NCBI GenBank assembly: GCA_030167145.1
Contig: CP126532.1
Location: 2,550,001 to 2,582,000, forward strand
From: Ktedonobacterales bacterium
GTDB lineage: Bacteria; Chloroflexota; Ktedonobacteria; Ktedonobacterales; JADMIN01
Length of the DNA stretch: 32,000 nt
Direction: 5' to 3'
The notes under the pieces: generated by a model
What the model saw: the letters and a program-made list of their open reading frames with translations, nothing else
What the model was told of the DNA's origin: nothing
Databases searched by the model: none
Part shown: positions 1 to 7,949 of the stretch, piece by piece
Layout: each line of letters opens with the position of its first letter
Numbering within the stretch: position 1 is the first letter of the stretch
Program-made: the position numbers and the translations under genes

Positions 1-104
1 GCATGCAGCACGACGACTCCTGGTCCCACTCCCGCATCCGGGGTCGCGAGATAACCAGGCGCGGGCGATCCGTTGGCGTCGAACTCAATCATACGTCCGG
101 TCAT
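1..104 (-). CDS. Dienelactone hydrolase-family protein, N-terminal fragment (gene continues past the window start)
   Basis: Absent from the ORF track because it runs off the window. Minus-strand ATG at 102-104 lies 6 nt after AGGAGG (rc of 110-115). My translation is MTGRMIEFDANGSPAPGYLATPDAGVGPGVVVLH, the usual DLH-type N-terminus (GYLA.P....GPGVVVLHE). Confidence 0.5.
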   Translation of the reverse strand, partial: MTGRMIEFDANGSPAPGYLATPDAGVGPGVVVLH

Positions 105-256
105 GCTGTCCTCCTATCCTCCGATTACATCTAGGGCTGTGCATCTGCGTTCCCAGGCGCCAGCCCCGTTCCTACCTTCTCAAGCGCAAAGGAAAAAGCG
201 GAAGAATCTGCCTCTTTTGCGCTTCCAATTGCGTTCTTATCGCTCCTGCGGGGAAT

Positions 257-787
257 TCAAGACAGTGAAATCAGGGCATCCGTTCCGTCATCCTGACGGC
301 GATAGAGCCAGACCGCCCCTGGCGCGGCTTCGCCACGCAGATACGCCACGATTGGCTCGCGCATCACCCGCGCACCGAGTTGATCGAGCAACGCAATAGC
401 CTCAGCGCGCGGAAAAAAACGCGCGGCGGAGACGACGTGGTCGGGATCATCGCTGGCAATTTCGCCAATCCACCCAGCAACATCGAAAACGAAGGCGGTG
501 GCGACATACGCTTCGGCCCGTGCGCCAGCTTCGCCACGTAGCACGCCGCGCGTCATGTGGGTCACGTGCGTTTGTGCGACATAGAGCAACGCGCCGACAC
601 GCCGCAGCGCCAATCCGGTCTCTTCGCGCAGCTCGCGCGCCAGCGCCTCGTGCAATAGCTCGCCGTCTTCGACGACACCGCCCGGCAACGCCCACGTTGG
701 CCGTGGGTCGTCCGCCCCCTGCTGCCGCACAAGTAGTATTGCATCACCCTGCCGCACCACAGCGGCTACGATCTGGTGTTGGCGCAT
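257..787 (-). CDS. NUDIX hydrolase
   Basis: Nudix box GGVVEDGELLHEALARELREETGL (GX5EX7REUXEEXGU). The track ORF extends to 847. The internal ATG at 785-787 is preceded by GGAGGCAGGGG and gives the typical N-terminus MRQHQIVAAVV. Confidence 0.85.
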   Translation of the reverse strand: MRQHQIVAAVVRQGDAILLVRQQGADDPRPTWALPGGVVEDGELLHEALARELREETGLALRRVGALLYVAQTHVTHMTRGVLRGEAGARAEAYVATAFVFDVAGWIGEIASDDPDHVVSAARFFPRAEAIALLDQLGARVMREPIVAYLRGEAAPGAVWLYRRQDDGTDALISLS

Positions 788-1074
788 CACCCCTGCCTCC
801 GCCGCATAGTATTCCACAATTAAGAACGTCTTCGTCCCACGCCACATCCAGGCGCGCAGAACGAAGACGGCCAGGCGGACGAGCGCACCGCAAGACAGCT
901 ATCGCATGCGACTGGGATTTCGCAAGGCTGGGTGAACGCTTTGTTCGGCGATCTTCGCGCTCCATCCGTTCCTACCTGACATGACGCTTCCAGGCGCACG
1001 CGATTTACGCGCAAATTGGGGAACTTTCGCCATACCATGCGCGTCTCAAACTGGCAGAGAGGAGGCGCACAGCT

Positions 1075-1608
1075 ATGCAGCCCCACCGGATCAAGGGCCA
1101 GCGCGTTATCAGCGGCCTTCCACTATGTATGACGCTGCTGGCGCTCACATTGACGCTCGTCGGCTGCGGGGTGACCAGCGCAGGCAGCGGCGGTGCGGGC
1201 GGCTCCGCAACGGCGACATCGAATGCCGCGCTCACACCGGGCAGCGCGGCGCTCAATGGCTGCCCCAATACGAGCGCGAGCGGCGCGGGCCTTACCCCGC
1301 CTGACCTGACGCTCCGGCATGGCGGCATCGAGCCGCAACACGTGACACTCAAGACCGGCCAGACATTCGAGATCCGTCTGGAAGCCGTCATCCGCTGGGG
1401 GCTGAGCGCCCGGGATGCCAGCGCCATCCTAACACCGCAGGGGCCACAGGGCTGGTACGACGCCAGCCAGCGCGAATGCGTCTGGCGTTTCGTGGCGGCG
1501 AAGGCGGGCACGGCGGCGCTCAACTTCGCCGGTGGACCCGTGTGCGCGCCAAGGACCGCCTGCCCACAGTACGCGCGCATCGAGCAGTATGCGATCACCG
1601 TCGCCTGA
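1075..1608 (+). CDS. Secreted lipoprotein, function unknown
   Basis: N-terminal signal peptide with lipobox LTLVGC, followed by a Gly/Ser/Ala linker. AGAGGAGG lies upstream of the ATG. No family recognised. Confidence 0.65.
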   Translation: MQPHRIKGQRVISGLPLCMTLLALTLTLVGCGVTSAGSGGAGGSATATSNAALTPGSAALNGCPNTSASGAGLTPPDLTLRHGGIEPQHVTLKTGQTFEIRLEAVIRWGLSARDASAILTPQGPQGWYDASQRECVWRFVAAKAGTAALNFAGGPVCAPRTACPQYARIEQYAITVA

Positions 1609-1629
1609 GCATCTTGCTCACGATCACAC

Positions 1630-2157
1630 TCACGGCTTTTCGTCGAGCCACAACACCATCAGGTCCTCGTCAAGATAGCGGCCATCGTCCAGCTTGAGTG
1701 AATGCCGCGCGTGGCCATAGACCTCGAATCCCAGATTGCGATAGAGCGCTCGCGCGGCGGTATTCGCCGTCACCACCATCAGGTTGACTTGCTCCACACC
1801 GCCGAGTACACGCGCGCGCGCAATCACCGCTTCCATCAACGCGCGCCCGTAGCCGTGTCCACGCACTTCCGGCGCGGTATACATCTGATAGATCCCGCCA
1901 ATGTGGTGATCTTTGCGGTGCGCCTCGCGGTCGAAGCCCACGATGCCCACCAACTGCCCATCCGCGAATGCGCCCAGCGTGAAGCCGTTGCCGCTCTCCC
2001 TCCCCGCGCGAAAGCGTTCGGCCACCTGCTCCAGCGGTCGGTCCTTCGACTCCTCATACGAGGAGCCAAACGACTCCGGCTCCTCACGCAGCGCGCGCAG
2101 CCGCACCGGCCAATACACCGCGACATCGGCCTCGGTCAACTCACGTATCTCCACCAA
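1630..2157 (-). CDS. GNAT family N-acetyltransferase
   Basis: Acetyl-CoA binding motif A (VRGHGYGRALMEAVIARAR) and the GNAT beta4-alpha3 pattern. TTG start at 2155-2157 is preceded by GAGGGAG. Confidence 0.85.
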   Translation of the reverse strand: MVEIRELTEADVAVYWPVRLRALREEPESFGSSYEESKDRPLEQVAERFRAGRESGNGFTLGAFADGQLVGIVGFDREAHRKDHHIGGIYQMYTAPEVRGHGYGRALMEAVIARARVLGGVEQVNLMVVTANTAARALYRNLGFEVYGHARHSLKLDDGRYLDEDLMVLWLDEKP

Positions 2158-2222
2158 CGATCACTCCCTCATAGCAACGACAACCAACAAAGCACTTCCG
2201 ATCTCGCCACGCGACATAGACA

Positions 2223-2588
2223 CTAGCGCGACTTGATGAAGCGAAAAATCTTGACGGCAGGAACCACGAGCAACACCAATGGCGCGATGGCGAGCAGCAT
2301 TGCCAGCGTCTGATTCTGCTTCAGCGGCAGGAAGAAGCAGATGATGCCCAGCAGCAGAATCGGCAATGACCACAGGATGACCTGCTTCGCGCCATAGCGG
2401 TTGACCTCGTACCAGACTTCCGGAGACGCAAATGACTTGGGCAGCCGCACACCATACCAGGGATTTGGGCCAATCGCGTCGCGCAGCAATGGGATGCAGA
2501 TGATAATCAACAGCAAACCCATCGCCACATACGAGGCCCCGAATACGACATTCACGGCATCCATCGCCACCACCCCTCCATGCCGCAT
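2223..2588 (-). CDS. SdpI/YhfL-like small integral membrane protein
   Basis: Three to four hydrophobic helices. The loop NPWYGVRLPKSFASPEVWYEVNRYGAK resembles the SdpI-family N.xxGxR motif. An alternative start at 2564 (MDAVNVV) follows GGAGGGGTGG. Confidence 0.6.
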   Translation of the reverse strand: MRHGGVVAMDAVNVVFGASYVAMGLLLIIICIPLLRDAIGPNPWYGVRLPKSFASPEVWYEVNRYGAKQVILWSLPILLLGIICFFLPLKQNQTLAMLLAIAPLVLLVVPAVKIFRFIKSR

Positions 2589-2608
2589 CTCACTCTACCG
2601 TGTCGCGC

Positions 2609-3361
2609 TCAGAGTGTGCTCTGGTCGCCGGCATCACGAGCCGCTCCCACCCGGTCTGCCACCACTGGCGTTGTCGTCGTCAAGCGGTGGAGTGGCACCA
2701 GCCGTATCAGCCGCTGCGCGATGCGCACCAGCGCATACAGGTAGGTGTCGTGTGGCGCGGCGGGTTCATTGCCCTTCAGCGAGTATGCATCGCCGCCCGC
2801 GAGCAGATAATCGGCGGGATAGTAGCCAAGCACAGACACCTGCTTGCGCTCGGTCTGCTCAGGCAAATCCTCGGCGGTGGGCGCGTCCACTCGGCTGAAG
2901 ATCACGCCGATGCGCTGGTAGGACGGCGCATGCTCGCCCAGACGCTCGGCCACCCGCTCCGCCGCCTGTTGACCGGCGACCGTAGCCTCCGTCACCACCG
3001 CAACATAGGCGATGCCCAGCGCAAAGCCGCCCACGCGCTCCAGCAGCGCCGCGTCTATATCGAGCAAAATGACATCACACCGGCCTGCGGTCTCGAGTCG
3101 CGCACGTTCGAGCGCGGGAGCAATATCTTGCGGACGGGCGAGCGGCGGCGCCCAGAACACCAGATTCTTGACCGGCGCATAGGGCAACACCTGCCTGCCG
3201 CGTCCCGTGAGATCTACCAGCAAGACACGCAGCCGTTGGGCTACGAGCGCACGCGCCAGATAATACGCCGCCGTGCTGACGCCATGCCCCCGATGCTCCT
3301 GAACCAACGCGATGCAGCGGGCAGTCGTATCAGGAGTCCCAACATCCTCAGCGTATGTCAT
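2609..3361 (-). CDS. ParA/MinD-fold protein with degenerate Walker A (putative pseudo-ATPase)
   Basis: ParA/MinD-like layout: CIALVQEHRGHGVSTAAYYLARALVAQRLRVLLVDL, and Walker-B-like DVILLDID. HRGHGVST replaces KGGVGKTT, so the P-loop Lys is lost. Trimmed to the ATG at 3359-3361 (MTYAEDV); the track ORF extends to 3520. Confidence 0.6.
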   Translation of the reverse strand: MTYAEDVGTPDTTARCIALVQEHRGHGVSTAAYYLARALVAQRLRVLLVDLTGRGRQVLPYAPVKNLVFWAPPLARPQDIAPALERARLETAGRCDVILLDIDAALLERVGGFALGIAYVAVVTEATVAGQQAAERVAERLGEHAPSYQRIGVIFSRVDAPTAEDLPEQTERKQVSVLGYYPADYLLAGGDAYSLKGNEPAAPHDTYLYALVRIAQRLIRLVPLHRLTTTTPVVADRVGAARDAGDQSTL

Positions 3362-3827
3362 GGCTTCGTCTGACCCCCATATTCCCGCGCCGCATCCAGT
3401 CCGCGCCGCCAACGACGCGACGGGCGCTGTAAAGAGAGCATATTTCGGACCATGTTGCCGCCTGCCACGCCTACAGCCTACCCCCTCACATGGATCTACC
3501 GCAAGTTCCGCGCGCCACACCGATCACACGCGCCGCGCCAGCCAATTCATGTTATGTCATGTTACGAATGGACAAGCATGGGGATATTCACTTATACTTG
3601 ACATATTCGTACTGCCGCGACCTCACCCACTGAGATCACTCCGCGCAATCAGGCGCCGTCGTTCTGGTTATACGCACAGATTCGCGCCCGCGTTTACCCG
3701 TATCTGCCGGACGTAGGTTGTCCCTCGTAGGATAGTATTCCCCATTGTGCCCCACATCACGGTCGTTCACCCAGGATGAGCGATGCCCAGGTATGCAAAC
3801 GCAACGCAAGAGATAGGAGCCTTCTCT

Positions 3828-5216
3828 ATGGCAGTGCTCGACAGACCAAGCATTGATGGCCTGAAAGCCAGCCTGCGCGGCGAACTGCTGCAGCCCGGCG
3901 AGCCAGGCTACGACGCCGCGCGTGTCATTTACAACAAGATGATTGACCGTCGCCCCGCGCTCATTGTGCGCTGCGCCGACGAAGCGGATGTCATCAGCAC
4001 GGTCAACTACGCCCGCGAGGCGAAGATTGCCTCCGTCTCGATTCGCGGCGGCGGCCACAACGTCACTGGCTTCGCCATGAACGACGGTGGGCTGGTGATT
4101 GACCTCTCGCGCATGCGCGGCATTCACGTAGACCCCGACACCCAGACCGTGCGCGCGGAGGGTGGCTGCACCTTTGGTGACCTCGACCACGCAACCCACG
4201 CCTTCGGCTACGCTGTGCCCGCAGGCGTCATCTCCACCACCGGCATCGGCGGCCTGACGCTGGGCGGCGGTATCGGCAATCTCACCCGCGCGTATGGCTT
4301 GAGCTGCGACAGCCTGATCTCGGCGGATGTCGTCACCGCCGACGGCAAGCTCGTGACCGCCAGCGCCACCAAGAATCCTGACCTCTTCTGGGGGTTGCGT
4401 GGCGGCGGCGGCAACTTCGGCGTCGTCGTCTCCTTCGAGTACCGCATGCACCCGGTCAGCACCGTCGTTGGTGGCCCGGTGATCTATCCCGTCGAAAAGT
4501 CGCGTGAGGCGCTGCGCTTCTATCGCGACTACATGGCCAGCGCCCCCGACGATATGAGCGCTTTTTTCGCCTTCCTGATTGTGCCCGATGTCGAGGCGTT
4601 CCCAGCTCCGCTGCGCAACCAGCGCGTCTGCGCCATCGTCGCCTGCTACACCGGCCCGATGGAGAAGGCCGAAGCAGTGGTCAAGCCGCTGCGCCAATTC
4701 GGCCCGCCCCTGCTGGATGCGATGGGGCCGATTCCGTTGCCCGCGCTCAACAGCATGTTCGACTTCACCCTGCCCATCGGAGAACTGCAAAACTACTGGA
4801 AAGCCGACTTCGTCAACGAGATCAGCGACGCGGCGATTGAAGAGCACGTGAAGTACGGGGCACAGGTGCCGCGCGCACCTTCGCTGATGCACATCTATCC
4901 CGTCAACGGCGCGGCGGGTCGCGTTGGCAAAGACGACACCGCCTGGGCCTACCGCGACGCCAACTACGTCCACATCATCGCCGCCATTCACCCCAACCCG
5001 GCGGACAACGCGCAGGGCAAAGAATGGGTGCGCGGCTACTGGGAGGGGCTGCATCCCTACTCCGCTGGCGGCGCTTACGTCAACTTCCTGATGGATGAAG
5101 GGCAGGACCGCATCAAAGCGACGTATCGCGACCACTACGACCGGCTCGCGTCCCTCAAGCGCACGTACGACCCAACGAACCTCTTCCACATGAATCAGAA
5201 CATACCGCCCGCATAG
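3828..5216 (+). CDS. FAD-linked oxidase, berberine-bridge-enzyme-like (PCMH FAD_binding_4 + BBE domain)
   Basis: IRGGGHN and GGLTLGGGIG FAD-binding motifs. C-terminal BBE-like tail YVNF...LKRTYDPTNLFHMNQNI. ATG at 3828 follows TAGGAG; the alternative upstream ATG is at 3783. Confidence 0.9.
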   Translation: MAVLDRPSIDGLKASLRGELLQPGEPGYDAARVIYNKMIDRRPALIVRCADEADVISTVNYAREAKIASVSIRGGGHNVTGFAMNDGGLVIDLSRMRGIHVDPDTQTVRAEGGCTFGDLDHATHAFGYAVPAGVISTTGIGGLTLGGGIGNLTRAYGLSCDSLISADVVTADGKLVTASATKNPDLFWGLRGGGGNFGVVVSFEYRMHPVSTVVGGPVIYPVEKSREALRFYRDYMASAPDDMSAFFAFLIVPDVEAFPAPLRNQRVCAIVACYTGPMEKAEAVVKPLRQFGPPLLDAMGPIPLPALNSMFDFTLPIGELQNYWKADFVNEISDAAIEEHVKYGAQVPRAPSLMHIYPVNGAAGRVGKDDTAWAYRDANYVHIIAAIHPNPADNAQGKEWVRGYWEGLHPYSAGGAYVNFLMDEGQDRIKATYRDHYDRLASLKRTYDPTNLFHMNQNIPPA

Positions 5217-5244
5217 GAGCGTCCACCGTCAACCGCTCATCTCG

Positions 5245-5270
5245 CCGCCGCCTCCCGCCGGAGGTGGCGG
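5245..5270 (+). terminator. GC-rich hairpin downstream of the oxidase gene (candidate terminator)
   Basis: ccgccgcctcc (5245-5255) pairs with ggaggtggcgg (5260-5270) as an 11-bp stem with one G-U pair and a 4-nt loop. It lies 29 nt after the stop. The trailing tgtgct is a weak U tract. Confidence 0.4.
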
Positions 5271-5402
5271 TGTGCTATGCAAGCGCACCCGGCGAGCGCA
5301 CCCGCAACGAATACTCACAGCGCGATGATTTGCGCCCGGATGCTACAATTCACGTCAATATTATCTGAGTACATGCGTCAATCTACGAGGTCTGGAATCA
5401 CC

Positions 5403-5906
5403 ATGACATCACCACTGCGGGAGCGGCAAAAGCCGCTCAAAGCACACTACCGCGAAGATCCCACCAGCGCCCGCATCACCCTCACCGCACGCGGCGACGC
5501 CACCGGCACGCCTATCGCCTGCAACGTGGATCTGGGCCGCGCAATCTATGCTGCCCAGGCGCATCCCGGCGTCGGGGGCGAGGGCAGCGCCGCCTGCTCT
5601 GGCGATCTGCTGCTGGGCGCGCTCGCCGCATGCGCGCAACTCACCGCGCAGATGGTCGCCGACGCGCTCGGCATCGTCACCGAACACCTCAGCGTCACTG
5701 TCGAGGGCGACCTGGACCTGAAAGGCACACTCGGCGTAGACCCAGCCGCGCCGGTCGGCTTCACTGACATCCGCACCCATATCGAAGTGGTTGCGCCCAC
5801 CGCCACCGCCGAGCAACTGGCCGCGCTACGCGAAAAGACTGAGAAATACTGCGTCGTGCTCTCCACGTTGCGCACCCCGCCGCCGACGACCACAACCTGG
5901 GCCTGA
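5403..5906 (+). CDS. OsmC/Ohr family peroxiredoxin-like protein
   Basis: Size and motif AACSGDLLLGALAACAQLT, plus a C-terminal second conserved region (EKYCVV), are typical of the OsmC family. Trimmed to the ATG at 5403 (MTSPLRERQ). TGcTACAAT (5341-5349) is an extended -10 candidate upstream. Confidence 0.8.
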   Translation: MTSPLRERQKPLKAHYREDPTSARITLTARGDATGTPIACNVDLGRAIYAAQAHPGVGGEGSAACSGDLLLGALAACAQLTAQMVADALGIVTEHLSVTVEGDLDLKGTLGVDPAAPVGFTDIRTHIEVVAPTATAEQLAALREKTEKYCVVLSTLRTPPPTTTTWA

Positions 5907-5929
5907 GCGCGTATCTTGTCCGCCGTGTG

Positions 5930-5963
5930 ATCAATGGATGAACAGCGTGACAATCGTCACCAC
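5930..5963. repeat. Direct repeat copy 1 (34 bp), orphan fragment of the Nramp gene 3' end
   Basis: atcaatggatgaacagcgtgacaatcgtcaccac is identical to 7916-7949. On the minus strand it reads ..VVTIVTLFIH-stop, but an in-frame stop lies about 22 codons upstream, so it is a remnant and not a gene. Confidence 0.95.
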
Positions 5964-6143
5964 AGCCACGCCAGCACTCGTGGTGTTCACAGGCTGCCCT
6001 TTTCACCGTATGGCGGATTGCCGTAAAGCTGTCGCCTATCCCATCACCAGATTCCCCTTAGTTGCAAGCGGAGCGCGTGCTGCTTCGGAGCCGAATCCTT
6101 GAGCATGTAGGTCGAATGAAACGCGAAGGAGCCATCCAGGGGC

Positions 6144-6172
6144 TTGACGTAACAATCAGGCCATGTTATAAC
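6144..6172 (+). promoter_or_regulatory. Sigma-70-like promoter candidate for the BNR gene
   Basis: TTGACG (6144-6149), 17-nt spacer, TATAAC (6167-6172), in a locally AT-richer stretch about 135 nt upstream of the ATG at 6309. Confidence 0.4.
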
Positions 6173-6225
6173 GATGGTTAGGACTATATGCCGTGACTCC
6201 TCTTGGTCGCGGCCACATGTGTAGT

Positions 6226-6282
6226 GTGGATGTTGTGGATGTTGTGGATGTTGTGGATGTTGTGGATGTTGTGGATGTTGTG
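6226..6282 (+). repeat. Perfect 9-bp tandem repeat (GTGGATGTT) x6.3 in the leader of the BNR gene
   Basis: Counted base by base: six full units span 6226-6279, plus a partial gtg. One + frame reads ATG TTG TGG repeatedly, giving a mini-ORF at 6230-6283 that encodes MLWMLWMLWMLWMLWML-stop. It ends 9 nt before the AAGGAG of the downstream gene. Confidence 0.95.
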
Positions 6283-6308
6283 AGCATGTCTGAAGGAGAA
6301 CACCTCCC

Positions 6309-7820
6309 ATGGATCTTCTTGTCCGCGCTCGCGGGCGCATCTTTACGGCCGGGGCGCTGACGCTCGCCCTCACACTCGCCATTGTAGCTGCCGGCGTTGC
6401 CGCCGCATCACCAAAGCTCACCGCCAGCCGGCCCGCCACGACGGCGGTGACGCTCCTACAACTCAGTTCCGACCCCTACACGAACACCACCAGCCAGCAC
6501 ATGACCGAAGTTGAGCCTGATTCCTTCGCCAGCGGAACGACCCAGGTAGACGCCTTCCAAGTGGGTCGCTTCTTCAACGGCGGCGCCTCCAACGTCGGCT
6601 GGGCCACCACGACGGATAGCGGCGCCACCTGGCAACATGGCTTCTTGCCAGGTACGACCGTCTTCGCAACCCCTGCCGGTCCCTGGGATCGGGTCAGCGA
6701 CCCCGCCGTCGCCTTCGACAAAAAACACGGCGCCTGGCTGATCTCCGCGCTCTCCCTCTTGGGTGGCAGGGGCGCTGGCGTGCTGGTCAGCCGCTCGACC
6801 AACGGCGGCACCGCCTGGGACAACCCTGTCACGGTCAGCGTCATTGGCAAAAACGGCTTCTTTGATAAAGAATGGGTGGTCTGCGACAACATCAGCAGCA
6901 GCCCGTTCTATGGCAACTGCTACGTCGAATGGGACAATGCCGCTCGCGGCGACAGAGTGCTGATGAGCACATCACATGACGGCGGCCTCACCTGGAGCGC
7001 GCCGTTGCACCCCGAAAATGCGCAGGGCCTCGGCGGGCAGCCACTCGTGCAGCCGGACGGCACGGTCATTGTGCCCTTCGAGAATAATGGCGGGAATATC
7101 AGCGCCTTCACCTCCACCACTGGTGGCACAAGCTGGACTCCCGCCCTCAACGTGGCCAAAGCCCATGTAAACACCGATGGCGGCAATTTGCGCTCCGGCC
7201 CGCTCCCCTCCGCCGAGATTGACGGCGCGGGCAAGGTCTATCTCGTCTGGGAGGATTGCCGCTTCGAGTCACCGTGCAACGGCAGTGTCGGCCCGAATGA
7301 CATCGTCATGTCTACTTCGACCGACGGCGTCACCTGGAGCGCCGTGCAGCGTATCCCGATTGATCCCGTCGGCAGCGGCACGGATCACTTCATCCCCGGC
7401 ATCGGCGTGGATACGTCCACCTCCGGCGCGTCGGCGCACATCGGCCTTACCTTCTACTACTATCCCGTGGCCACTTGCGACACCAGCACCTGTGCGCTCG
7501 ATGTCGGCTATGTCTCCTCCACCAACGGCGGCGCGACATGGAGCGCGAAGACGCAGCTCGCTGGCCCGATGAGCGTCACCTGGCTGGCCAATACCAGCGG
7601 TGGTCTAATGGTCGGCGACTACATCTCCACTTCGATCCTTGGCGGCGTAGCCTATCCTGTCTTTGCCGTCGCTGCCGCGCCAACCAATGGCGTCTTCGAC
7701 GAGGCCATGTTCACCGTCCAGGGCGGCTTGCCCGTCACTGGCGGCGCGAATGCGGCTAGCAGCGCGGGCGCAGCCAACAGCACCAATTCCACCACTCCCG
7801 TCAAGCTCACCGCCTATTAA
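6309..7820 (+). CDS. Secreted BNR/Asp-box repeat protein, sialidase-like six-bladed beta-propeller
   Basis: N-terminal signal/anchor ALTLALTLAIVAAGVAAA. Six Asp-box (SxDxGxTW-like) motifs: TTDSGATWQ, STNGGTAWD, SHDGGLTWS, TTGGTSWT, STDGVTWS, STNGGATWS. AAGGAG RBS. Confidence 0.85.
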   Translation: MDLLVRARGRIFTAGALTLALTLAIVAAGVAAASPKLTASRPATTAVTLLQLSSDPYTNTTSQHMTEVEPDSFASGTTQVDAFQVGRFFNGGASNVGWATTTDSGATWQHGFLPGTTVFATPAGPWDRVSDPAVAFDKKHGAWLISALSLLGGRGAGVLVSRSTNGGTAWDNPVTVSVIGKNGFFDKEWVVCDNISSSPFYGNCYVEWDNAARGDRVLMSTSHDGGLTWSAPLHPENAQGLGGQPLVQPDGTVIVPFENNGGNISAFTSTTGGTSWTPALNVAKAHVNTDGGNLRSGPLPSAEIDGAGKVYLVWEDCRFESPCNGSVGPNDIVMSTSTDGVTWSAVQRIPIDPVGSGTDHFIPGIGVDTSTSGASAHIGLTFYYYPVATCDTSTCALDVGYVSSTNGGATWSAKTQLAGPMSVTWLANTSGGLMVGDYISTSILGGVAYPVFAVAAAPTNGVFDEAMFTVQGGLPVTGGANAASSAGAANSTNSTTPVKLTAY

Positions 7821-7858
7821 CCGGCACAATCCCCGTCCTGACTCGATCCACACCAGCG

Positions 7859-7881
7859 CCCTCCACTGCATCAGTGGGGGG
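7859..7881. terminator. Hairpin between the convergent BNR and Nramp genes (candidate bidirectional terminator)
   Basis: ccctccactg (7859-7868), loop cat, cagtgggggg (7872-7881): a 10-bp stem with one G-U pair. There is no U tract on either strand. Confidence 0.35.
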
Positions 7882-7915
7882 CGCGCACGAGCTACGCATC
7901 CGCACGCCGCTGGCC

Positions 7916-7949
7916 ATCAATGGATGAACAGCGTGACAATCGTCACCAC
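7916..7949. repeat. Direct repeat copy 2 (34 bp), the authentic 3' end of the Nramp CDS
   Basis: Identical to 5930-5963, spaced exactly 1986 bp away. An imperfect match (gccacgcc) continues a few bases further after a 3-nt indel. Confidence 0.95.

Noticed and set aside
3636-5189. 517-aa minus-strand ORF, the longest in this part of the track.
   Set aside because: It lies antisense to the FAD/BBE oxidase, which has unmistakable motifs. Its translation has the Gly/Ala/Val/Asp/Arg-rich, motif-free look of a GC-driven shadow ORF.
6226-6282. Whether the short perfect repeats could be a CRISPR array.
   Set aside because: The units are 9 bp and directly abutting, with no spacers. No cas genes are in the window.
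6044-6439. 131-aa minus-strand ORF containing an HPQHPQHPQHPQHPQHP repeat.
   Set aside because: The peptide repeat is simply the reverse-frame reading of the 9-bp DNA tandem repeat. The ORF overlaps the well-supported start of the BNR gene and has no RBS.
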